A stretch of 64,000 nt of DNA from Geminicoccaceae bacterium (GTDB taxonomy: Bacteria; Pseudomonadota; Alphaproteobacteria; Geminicoccales; Geminicoccaceae): NCBI GenBank assembly GCA_050246385.1, contig JBFWWD010000001.1, positions 9,789 through 73,788 on the forward strand, read 5' to 3'. Positions 8,841-17,235 of the stretch are shown here, piece after piece. The position numbers were made by a program, and so were the translations under genes. The notes under the pieces are model-generated. The model was given only the letters and a program-made list of their open reading frames with translations. It had not been told where the DNA came from and did no database searches. Numbering within the stretch: position 1 is the first letter of the stretch; each line of letters opens with the position of its first letter.

Positions 8841-10291
8841 GGTCTCATCCTGTTGGCAGCCGTCGCGCGTCTGAGCCGGCCCTTCGCCACCCTGCGGCTG
8901 GATGCTGTCGATCCGGGCGCGGCAATAGACCGCCCAACGGCCGTCTGGCCGGTCAGCGGATGCCAGAACTGCTCGTCGGGTGGGCCCGGGATTCGGAGCG
9001 GCTCAAGGATAAAAGCGTCGCGCTTGGCGTTGTGCAGGCACATCGATATCGGACCGGCCTGCGTCGCCACCGGAAAGATGCAGGCGTCGATGCGCTCCCG
9101 CTCGAGCCGACACGAATCCATGAAGTCGTGGATCACGAAGGAGAGCTTGTCGACTCGTCCTCGCGCCGCAATCAGGTCAGCCTTGGCCCGCCAGATCTTC
9201 CGAACCAGCCAGCCGGCGCCTCGCGCCAGGGAATGCGGGCTCGACAGGACCCCCGCCACGAAGGCCCGGACGGCCGCCGCCCGATCCTGCCGGTCGAACT
9301 GCAGATGGGCCGTCGCCTGGAGAACGATCTCGAACAGCCGCCGATCGTCGAGCAGATCGTACACCCGCCCGTTGGTCACCGCCGTGATCGCGCATCGGCT
9401 GCAGCGGGCATGGCCGATCCCCGCCGTATCGAACGACAGGTGCGTGCCGGTGCCCTTCTCGATCTGCCGAGCGGCGGCGGCCATGGTCAGGCTCGGGTCG
9501 CGACGGCCCAGCACCCCGCGTCCCGTCGCGGCCTGGAGCTGGAACGACGCCAGGCGGACTATGTCGCTGTTTCGGACGAAGAAGCGGACGACGTCGGGGA
9601 TCTGATCGACATTCCCCTCGAACACGGTCGTGTTGAAGAAGACAGACAGCGGGAGCCCGCGCGCCCTCTCGATGTAGTCCTGCCGGACCGCGTTCAGGGC
9701 GACCTCGCTGTCGTAGCCTTTCCGGTCCTGCGTCAGATCCACGTGGAAGGCCACGTCGATCAACCCTACCCCGACCAGCTCCTCCAGCAGATCACGCTTG
9801 GCTCGGATGCCATTGGTGAACAGCGTTGGCCGCATCCCCCTGGAGCGGATCCGCCGGACGATCGCGACGAGCTCGTCACGCCGCCGCAAGGTTGGATCAC
9901 CGCCGGTGACCTGGATATCGGTGTTCGGGCCGTAATGCGCGAAGATCCTGTCGATGCGACGGAACAGCTCCTCGAGCGGGATGTCCTTCACCGCTTCGGA
10001 ACGCTCCGACAGATAGCAGGCCATGCAATCGAGGTTGCAGCGCTGCGTGACCTCGAGGGCGACGCATCCGATCGGCCAGCGACGCCCCATGAGCTGGCCT
10101 GCGCTCCACTGGCCGGTCGCAGCCATCCGCTCGCGCGCCTTCCCGAGAGCCGCACGGTGCTCGTCGCCCCAGGCCACAGGGTCCGCCGAGCGGAGCTCGT
10201 CGGGCGTTAGGCAGTCCCCTTCCCTCCCAGTTGCGGGATCGCAGCAGGAAGACCGCAGGGCGGGTCGATCGATCTTTTTCATTCTGAGCAT
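8837..10291 (-). CDS. radical SAM protein (about 484 aa, function unknown)
   Basis: ATG at 10291 within ORF 8837..10537. CX3CX2C cluster motif (QRCNLDCMACY) and GGDPTL SAM motif. The C-terminal region has conserved Cys (FVIHDFMDSCRLERERIDACIF...ISMCLHN). Confidence 0.85.
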   Translation of the reverse strand: MLRMKKIDRPALRSSCCDPATGREGDCLTPDELRSADPVAWGDEHRAALGKARERMAATGQWSAGQLMGRRWPIGCVALEVTQRCNLDCMACYLSERSEAVKDIPLEELFRRIDRIFAHYGPNTDIQVTGGDPTLRRRDELVAIVRRIRSRGMRPTLFTNGIRAKRDLLEELVGVGLIDVAFHVDLTQDRKGYDSEVALNAVRQDYIERARGLPLSVFFNTTVFEGNVDQIPDVVRFFVRNSDIVRLASFQLQAATGRGVLGRRDPSLTMAAAARQIEKGTGTHLSFDTAGIGHARCSRCAITAVTNGRVYDLLDDRRLFEIVLQATAHLQFDRQDRAAAVRAFVAGVLSSPHSLARGAGWLVRKIWRAKADLIAARGRVDKLSFVIHDFMDSCRLERERIDACIFPVATQAGPISMCLHNAKRDAFILEPLRIPGPPDEQFWHPLTGQTAVGRSIAAPGSTASSRRVAKGRLRRATAANRMRP

Positions 10292-10368
10292 GCTCGACCG
10301 CTCCCGCGGTTCGGACAAGGAGGAGATAAAGTGCGGCGCATGCCGTACCGGAGATGAGCCCAGCTCTG

Positions 10369-10806
10369 TTACGCCGGCGCCGGCCTGCGCTGGAGCTGGA
10401 GGTCGTAGACCCAGCCGAGGACCGCGCCGAAGACGAGGTGGAGCATCAGCGCCATCACCGGAGCCGCCATGCCGATCCCGAGCCCAAACAGCCCGGCCCC
10501 GGCCATCGGCATCACGGCGATCATCATGAGAACCCAAGCGCCCGTGGCGAAAATCATGCCGCCGCCGATGTGGCCTCCCGGCAGGTTCGGGGCGACCAGG
10601 GCGAAGAGGCCGCCCCAGAGAACGCTGCCGATGATGAAATGCATGATCCTGCCGACGATGGGGCTCGAGGCCCCTGCCATGCTGGTGAGCATGCCGATCG
10701 GATTGAGTTCGGGCATCAGGCCCGTCATCTGCTTCAGAACCATCAGCACCGACAGCACGACGGTTGCGGCGAAGCCAGCAATCATGCCCTTCCCAAGGTT
10801 GGACAT
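10369..10806 (-). CDS. small polytopic membrane protein, unknown function
   Basis: 145 aa with four hydrophobic Gly/Met-rich segments and a clean ORF. No motif recognised. Confidence 0.6.
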   Translation of the reverse strand: MSNLGKGMIAGFAATVVLSVLMVLKQMTGLMPELNPIGMLTSMAGASSPIVGRIMHFIIGSVLWGGLFALVAPNLPGGHIGGGMIFATGAWVLMMIAVMPMAGAGLFGLGIGMAAPVMALMLHLVFGAVLGWVYDLQLQRRPAPA

Positions 10807-11540
10807 TGCATCTTCCTCATCTGTGGGTCCCTGGCGGGAAGCTGAGCTTCGTGAACGAAGACCGCAGTCACCAAAACAGGGCGGTCCCGGCGGAGCGGGC
10901 CGTCACCCCGACTGATGAGGAGTCTCGCGAACGGCCGAGGTGTTACATGGACGACGGTGCTTCGGCCGCGCGGGACGCCGAGGCTCATGCTGCCAACCGC
11001 CATGCTGGCGCCGAGCCGCAGGAACAGCAGGCCAAGGCCAAACAGGCCGAACTGCCCGGCGGTGCTCGGCCGGCGCGAGTGAGCCAGCCGCCGCGCCAAG
11101 GCGGCTGCTTGAACCACTGTGCCCTCAGCGCGATGAGAACGAGCGATAGGACGCCCAGGAGATTGTCGAGCGCCACAATCGCCACGTCGCGGGCGAGGTT
11201 ATCGAGCATGATGCCGAGCAGCCGCGCTACCACGAGCCCGCCGACGAAGACGGCAAGGGGATTGCTGGCCGATCCGCTGGACGAGATCGACGGCACTGCC
11301 TCTGAGCAGGCGACCGCTGGCACCAGGCGCGGCGTAGGCGAGATAGCCCAGAGCGAGCAAACCGCCGCAACGGAGGATGCCGAAGCGAGTCTTGTCGATC
11401 GAAGGTGTCAAGGCCGCATTGGCGTTGCCCAGAGCTGGGAGCGCCTAGAATCCGCGATCCCAGGCGAAGGTGACGCTCGCGGCCACGACCGCTAGGGAGA
11501 GCCAGACGAGGTGCCAGTCGATCGGTGGCATCGGCAACTA

Positions 11541-12185
11541 GCTACGCCCTAAAGGCGAAGCGGGCAAAGAACAGGCGCTGCTAGGCGAAGGGGTTAAAAA
11601 AACCTGGGCAGGTCCGGCCAAGGTTCCGCCGGCAGATCGAGCATCCCGAAGGTCGCAGCGAGCCAGAGCACGGTCACGAGAGCGATCGCCGCGAACGGCG
11701 TTATTCAGGAGAGCGCCCATCACCGGCGAAACCATCGTTAGGATGACGAGGTACATCGGCAGGATGTCGAAATAGTTCGGCACATAGGTCAGGGTGACCA
11801 GGCCGAGAACTCCGGCCATCGGATTGGCAGAAAACGGACCACGATGGAGCGCGTCGACATACGTCATGTCGTCCGGCAGCACCCCGGCCGCCACCATGAG
11901 GCCGGCGATCACGACGAAGACAGCGAGATGTGCCCAATAGATCTGCCACACGCGCAGGAGGATGCGCCCAGTGCCGACGAGAAGCCCGTGCGCGTCGAAG
12001 ATCCACCCAAAAGCGATGGCGGACGCCATGCCCGAGCAGAAGACGAATATCTCGGTCGCATCGGAGAAGCCGAACCGCGCCGGGATGTAGTTGGCCCTGG
12101 AGTTCCACGGCACATGCGCTATCGGAATGATGAACATGCCGACGCCTCGGAAAAATTGAGGCGGGGATCGCGAGGCCTGTGCTCA
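11541..12185 (-). pseudogene. opgC-like acyltransferase pseudogene (frameshifted and 3'-truncated)
   Basis: Three minus frames join to read RDPRLNF / FIIPIAHVPWNSRANYIPARFGFSDATEIFVFCSGMASAIAFG...VPNYFDILPMYLVIL / AIALVTVLWLAATFGMLDLPAEPWPDLP. This matches the OpgC N-terminal half. The C-terminal half is absent. Confidence 0.55.
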
Positions 12186-13796
12186 GATGGCATCGACATA
12201 GGCGTTTGCGTCAATGTGGGCGGATATGACAGTGAAGCTGTCCGAGCGAAAAGCGCCGCCCAGTGCGTTGGCGAGGTCATCGGTGTTCGACACCGCGACG
12301 CCATGGCCACCGAATGCCTTGGCAATCGCGACGTAATCGGTCGGGCCGAGGCGGACTCCGATCTCCGGCAGACCAACCCGGCGCTGCTTCAAGGAAATGA
12401 GGGCGAGGCTGTGATCCTGAAAGATGAGGAGGACGACTGGCAGCTTCAGGTCGCGCAACGTGCCGAGCTCGCCCAGCGTCATCTCAAACCCGCCGTCGCC
12501 CATGACGGCGACGATCGGCCGAACGGGATCCGCAAGCTTCGCGCCGATTGCAAGCGGCAGCGCCGCCCCCATCGTGCAGAAGCCAGCGGATTGCAGAAGG
12601 GCCCCCGGCTCTCGCACCCGCATCTTCTGGCTCAGGAGAATGCGATGAGCGCCACTGTCGACCGTGACACGTGCGCCGTCGGGGAGAACGGCCTCGAGCG
12701 TCTCGATCACGGCATGGGGTCCCCAGGCCGCCGACGTGGCGAAGGCACCCGCGAGCGCGGTCTTTGCCCGTGTGATCTCACCGCCCGGCCACACCGGGCG
12801 CATCGCCAGTCCCTTGCCGATCGCGCTCAGGAGCGAGCCGACCGGACCGATCAGCCGGGTGCCTGCGGCGTGCATGCCGTGGTCTGCCGGCAGCGCCGTC
12901 AGTTCGACAACACGACCCGGATCCTTGAACGCATCGATCCAGCCACTGCGCATTTCGATCGGATCATAGCCCGCGGTGATCACGAGACCGGCCCGGTCGA
13001 GCAGCGGCAGGAGGATCGCATCCGCTTTCGGTGACAGCCCGGCGCCTCCGAGAGCACAGGGATGCCTCTCGTCGAGCACCCCCTTGGCCTTGTAGGTCGT
13101 GATGATCGGGATGCCGTGGCGATGGGCGAGCAGGGTCAAGCCCTGACCTGCTGCACCGTTCGCTGCGTCGGCGCCGGCGAGAAGGAGGGGCCGTTCCGCC
13201 GCGGCAAGGCGGGCCCGCACCGCCCGGACGGCCGCCGAGGCCGGATCGATCGGCGCCGAGATGATCTCCGACTGGCCGACCGGATGGCCCGTCAATGCGT
13301 CGGCCGCCACCGCGACCGTCGGCGACAGATCGAGATGCACCGGCCCGCGAGGTACCGCCTTCGCCAGTGCGACGGCCCGGTCAACGATGGCCGCAGCTCC
13401 CTCGGGCTCGATCTCGAAGCTCGCCTTGACCAGAGGGCGCAGCAGTGCGGCATGATCCAGGACCTGATGGGTGTAGCGACCGCGCAGGGCGCGCTCGACC
13501 ACACCGGAGACGACGATCAGCGGCGTGCGTTCCTGCGACGCGTTGGCGATGCCGTTGACGGCGTTGGCAAGGCCAGGGCCCAGGGTCGTGACGAGAAGTC
13601 CGGGAGCCCCCGTCACTGCGCTGCCGCCGGCCGCCATGACGGCGGCGGCGGTCTCATTGCGGGCCAGGACGAATCGGATTCCAGCCGCCTCGAGCGCATC
13701 GACGAAATCGACCACTTCACCACCCGGCATACCGAAGGCATGGCGTATGCCAGCGGTGGCGAGGCGATGCGCGACGAGGTCGGCGACGCGGTTCAT
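12183..13796 (-). CDS. thiamine pyrophosphate-dependent enzyme (acetolactate synthase large-subunit-like)
   Basis: ATG at 13796 within ORF 12183..13841. N-terminal TPP pyrimidine-binding region (GIRHAFGMPGGEVVDF...LVTTLGPGLANAVNGIA) and C-terminal GDGGFEMT TPP motif. Confidence 0.85.
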   Translation of the reverse strand: MNRVADLVAHRLATAGIRHAFGMPGGEVVDFVDALEAAGIRFVLARNETAAAVMAAGGSAVTGAPGLLVTTLGPGLANAVNGIANASQERTPLIVVSGVVERALRGRYTHQVLDHAALLRPLVKASFEIEPEGAAAIVDRAVALAKAVPRGPVHLDLSPTVAVAADALTGHPVGQSEIISAPIDPASAAVRAVRARLAAAERPLLLAGADAANGAAGQGLTLLAHRHGIPIITTYKAKGVLDERHPCALGGAGLSPKADAILLPLLDRAGLVITAGYDPIEMRSGWIDAFKDPGRVVELTALPADHGMHAAGTRLIGPVGSLLSAIGKGLAMRPVWPGGEITRAKTALAGAFATSAAWGPHAVIETLEAVLPDGARVTVDSGAHRILLSQKMRVREPGALLQSAGFCTMGAALPLAIGAKLADPVRPIVAVMGDGGFEMTLGELGTLRDLKLPVVLLIFQDHSLALISLKQRRVGLPEIGVRLGPTDYVAIAKAFGGHGVAVSNTDDLANALGGAFRSDSFTVISAHIDANAYVDAI

Positions 13797-15172
13797 GCGA
13801 TGCTTTCGATCCGAGGAGCGGTGCGGTGCCAGCCGTGGCACTCGTTCTCCGCGGCTCGAAGGCGCCTCTCGACCAAGGACACGAAACGGTCATCCCGTTT
13901 GAGCTGCCGCCTCAAGGCCAACACCCGATCGGCAGCGGCCCGATCGCCGCGGTCGGTGGCGATCAAGGCGAGCGTGCGGACGAATACGTCGCGTTGAGCG
14001 TGGCTGCCGCCGACTCGAGGAAGCAGCGCGACCAGCCGGGACAAATCGCCGCGGCCACTTCGGCGCTCTCCGAGAGCCAGGATTTCGATGGCAAGGGCGT
14101 GTCCAACGGTCGCGGCGACGCCGGCCTGATCCCCAGTCCCCGCCCGCCCGTGCTGCTCAATCGCAGCCGCGAGCTCGCGCGCCGAAGACATCGTTCCAGT
14201 CGCAACCAGGGCCATGAGATAGTGCAGCGACGCGAAGACCAGCGTCGTGTCGTGGCGCCGCCGATGTGCGATCCGCTGCAGCTCCGTCCATCGATCGCCG
14301 ACATCGATTCCCTCCTGCCCGAAGCGCCACAGGAAGGAGACGGCATTCGCCACGTCGCGGAAATCGTCGGTCGGGGCCGGCCGCACCTCGGTGTCGTAGA
14401 TCTCGAGCGCCCGATCCGTACAGCCCTGGGCATGCAGGAAAAGCGCGAGATGCCAGGCGACATGAAAGGCGAAATTGTTGCACTGCGACCAGGCGGGCCT
14501 GGAGCGGTCCAGCCAATTCATCCCGTCTGCTGAGCGGCCACTCATCTCGTAGACATGCGCGACCGCATGCAGCCCCCAGGCGTCGCGCGGTTCAAGGCCT
14601 AGGGCCGCCTGCCCGACGGCTTCGGCCCCAACGCGGTCACCAGATTCCTCCAGGCCGAAGGCATGACATCCGAGGACGAAGCCGTATCCCGGCAGCGACG
14701 ATGTCCAGCCGTCGAGCGCACGACTCGTCGCGGTGAGCATTGCGATGGACTCTCCCCGCATGAAATGCAGCGCATGGGACAGCTTGAGTGCCAAAAGATC
14801 GCGCGGTCGTTCGACGAGATGGGCGTCGAGCACGGCCGCCGCTGCCGACAGGCGCCCGGCGACAGCTTCCTTAAGCGCCCGCACCAAGATCCGCTCCGTC
14901 AGGGTGCCGCGGCCGTGTCGGGCGAGCGCCGCTTCCGCCTGCCCCAGCGCGTCGAGCGCCGGCGCCTCGAGCTCCTCCCGTGCGAGGATGACGGTCGCAA
15001 AGCCCTTGAGGGCGTGTGCGGCAACGAAGGCCGGATCGGCGGCAAGCGTGCGGTCGAGGGCCGATGCGACGCTGGGGCGATGCGCGGCAACCCCGACAAC
15101 CGCCTCTTCGAAGGCCGCGACAGCCGGGCGGCTGCCAGAGGAGTGGCGTCCTGAGAAGCAGTCGGTGATCAT
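13793..15172 (-). CDS. TPR-type helical repeat protein (TTC38-like)
   Basis: ATG at 15172 within ORF 13793..15403. All-helical repeat sequence whose stop overlaps the TPP enzyme start. The TTC38-like assignment is from memory of the family. Confidence 0.55.
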   Translation of the reverse strand: MITDCFSGRHSSGSRPAVAAFEEAVVGVAAHRPSVASALDRTLAADPAFVAAHALKGFATVILAREELEAPALDALGQAEAALARHGRGTLTERILVRALKEAVAGRLSAAAAVLDAHLVERPRDLLALKLSHALHFMRGESIAMLTATSRALDGWTSSLPGYGFVLGCHAFGLEESGDRVGAEAVGQAALGLEPRDAWGLHAVAHVYEMSGRSADGMNWLDRSRPAWSQCNNFAFHVAWHLALFLHAQGCTDRALEIYDTEVRPAPTDDFRDVANAVSFLWRFGQEGIDVGDRWTELQRIAHRRRHDTTLVFASLHYLMALVATGTMSSARELAAAIEQHGRAGTGDQAGVAATVGHALAIEILALGERRSGRGDLSRLVALLPRVGGSHAQRDVFVRTLALIATDRGDRAAADRVLALRRQLKRDDRFVSLVERRLRAAENECHGWHRTAPRIESIA

Positions 15173-15432
15173 GATGCGCGGCTCTCCAACTCGTGCAGCC
15201 GGCTTGCGAGACGCACCGGAGCTCGCTGTTAGTCGCACTTGCGATGCCGCCGTTACGCTCGAGCCGTGCCACCACGCGACCGTCCGCATTCGAGGGTCGG
15301 TTGTTCGCCTGGATCGACGCGTGCCACATGCCGGCCAGTCGTGGAGACAGGCCGGGATCTCCAAGCGCCGGTTCTGGATTGCGAGCCCGCCCAGACTTGG
15401 CATCCCTTGCCATCAGCCGAGCGCGTCGATGT

Positions 15433-15702
15433 TCATTCCCGGGATCGCGGTAGAGCTTGACCGCTCTCGAGCGTTCTGTCGCGAAAACGTTGAACCAGAC
15501 GCTCCTCGAGATCCGCAGGTAGATCACCTGTGGTCGGCCACCTTCGCAGGAGGGCGACTGTCTTGGCCAGTTGCGCAACATAGCGGCGGCAGTGGCGGCA
15601 CATCGCCAGATGCATCATGACTTTCAGGCGCTCGACCAATCCGAGGTCATGGCCTAGGTGTTCGCTCGCTCGCTCCGTGATCTCGCGACAGGTCAGCATC
15701 AT
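15433..15702 (-). CDS. zf-HC2 type anti-sigma factor
   Basis: MMLTCREITERASEHL...HLAMCRHCRRYV carries the H-x3-C-x2-C anti-sigma zinc motif. It lies downstream of an ECF sigma gene on the same strand. Confidence 0.65.
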   Translation of the reverse strand: MMLTCREITERASEHLGHDLGLVERLKVMMHLAMCRHCRRYVAQLAKTVALLRRWPTTGDLPADLEERLVQRFRDRTLESGQALPRSRE

Positions 15703-15873
15703 CGGGATCCGATCGTCCTCAAGGCGGCTTGCCAGCCTAGTCAAGCGTTCGCGCCTTGTAGTCCGTGCGGGGAAACGAGCGTTACACTGTACGCCCATGC
15801 GTCCAAGTCCAGGCAACGCGGCTTTTCAGCGGATCTGCGCGGTTGGGGGCGACAAGCTCAGTCACGGCACCTG

Positions 15874-16488
15874 TCAGGTGGCAGGAGAGCCGAGCAGCAG
15901 TTCGAGGCTCTGCCGGACCTTGGCGCGCGCCCGATGCAGCAGGACCCGCCGGTTGCCATCGGTCAGGCCGAGGACATCGCAGATCCCCGCCGGATCCAGC
16001 CCTTCGACGTCATGCAGCGTGATCACCGCCTTCTGTAGCGGCGGGAGATCGTCGAGAATCTCGACGACCTGGCTCCAGAGCTGCCGGCCCGCGACGATCC
16101 GCTCGGGATCGAGCGCGTCCCAGGAGCGGGGAGGATCGCACCACATCCCGGCCGCGTCGAAGCGATGCGCGTCGACCGCGGCCGGATCTCCGCCGTCCCC
16201 CACGGCTTCGGAGAAGGTCACGGTTCGGGCATCCCGGACGCCGCGTGTCCGCGCCTTGTTGACGAGAATGCGGTAGATCCAGGTCATCAGGGATGACCGC
16301 GCCTCGAACCGGTGCAGCCCGTCCAGCACCGCCAGCCAGGTCTCCTGGACTACCTCCTCAGCGGAAGCCCGGCTCCTCACGAAGCTCCGGGCGAACCGGA
16401 TCATCGCGGCATGGTGTCCATGCACGAGGTCGCGAAACGCCTGCTCGTCCCCCGCCTGAAGGCGTGCGCACAGATCACTCCTGTCCAT
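15874..16488 (-). CDS. ECF-type RNA polymerase sigma-70 family factor
   Basis: Region 2 (AEEVVQETWLAVL...TWIYRILVNKA) and region 4 (LPPLQKAVITLHDVEGLDPAGICDVLGLTDGNRRVLLHRARAKVR). Confidence 0.85.
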   Translation of the reverse strand: MDRSDLCARLQAGDEQAFRDLVHGHHAAMIRFARSFVRSRASAEEVVQETWLAVLDGLHRFEARSSLMTWIYRILVNKARTRGVRDARTVTFSEAVGDGGDPAAVDAHRFDAAGMWCDPPRSWDALDPERIVAGRQLWSQVVEILDDLPPLQKAVITLHDVEGLDPAGICDVLGLTDGNRRVLLHRARAKVRQSLELLLGSPAT

Positions 16489-16566
16489 ATCAAGCTATTC
16501 GTCGGCGCTGCCGAATTGTTTCATGCGATCGGCGCAACGCGGCGGCATCGATGCCGAGCCGATGGG

Positions 16567-17190
16567 TCAGGGACGCGGCAGCGCGGAGAGCGCTCGCCAG
16601 CCCCACCACCAGCGGGTCAGCGTCGTTACCACGCAGAGCCCCGAGAAGATCCAGGCCAAAACAGCGAAATGCTGAGGGAAAAGACACATGGCCGCGAAGG
16701 CGGCGATGGTCTCCGCGCCTTCGGTCAGCCCTCCGAGGTAGTAGATGCCCTTGTGCGGGAAGGCCGTCGACGTCAGGCCCCGCTTCTGGGCAAGGATCGC
16801 GAAGGCGAGAAAGCTGCTGCCCGTCCCCATAAAGCCGAGCAGCAGGGCCGATGCAGCCACGGCGTTTGCCTCAGGCTCCGCCAGGGCGAAGCCGAACGGG
16901 ACGGCGGAATAGAAGACAAAGTCGAGGGCAATGTCGAGAAAGGCGCCACGGTCGGTCGGACCGGCGATCCGGGCGATCGCGCCGTCCAGTCCGTCGAGGA
17001 ATCGGTTCGCCAGGATCAGCGCCAGAGCCAGGCCGAACTCCCGGGACGCCAGGCACGGCACGCTGGTCATGCCCAAAATGAAGCCGCAGACCGTGACGGC
17101 ATCGGCGGAGACGGAACGCCGGGCCAGCCACTGGGCCGACGGTTGCAGGCGGCTGCGCAACCATGGCTGGAGCCGGCGATCGAACATCAA
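16567..17190 (-). CDS. CDP-alcohol phosphatidyltransferase family protein
   Basis: Diagnostic D-G-x2-A-R-x8-G-x3-D-x3-D motif (DGLDGAIARIAGPTDRGAFLDIALDFVFY). Polytopic membrane protein. Confidence 0.85.
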   Translation of the reverse strand: MMFDRRLQPWLRSRLQPSAQWLARRSVSADAVTVCGFILGMTSVPCLASREFGLALALILANRFLDGLDGAIARIAGPTDRGAFLDIALDFVFYSAVPFGFALAEPEANAVAASALLLGFMGTGSSFLAFAILAQKRGLTSTAFPHKGIYYLGGLTEGAETIAAFAAMCLFPQHFAVLAWIFSGLCVVTTLTRWWWGWRALSALPRP

Positions 17191-17235
17191 TCAGAAATCG
17201 CGTTTATTCAGGTCGCTGAGGAGAAAAGGAGGGCA

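Noticed and set aside
10782-11411. Three overlapping minus-strand ORF fragments that read like one small membrane protein broken by two frameshifts (MTPSIDKTRFGILRCGGLLALGYL / LAVFVGGLVVARLLGIMLDNL...LSLVLIALRAQWFKQPPW / GQFGLFGLGLLFLRLGA).
   Set aside because: I cannot assign a parent family, and hydrophobic low-complexity sequence is easy to over-read. It is therefore not listed as a feature.
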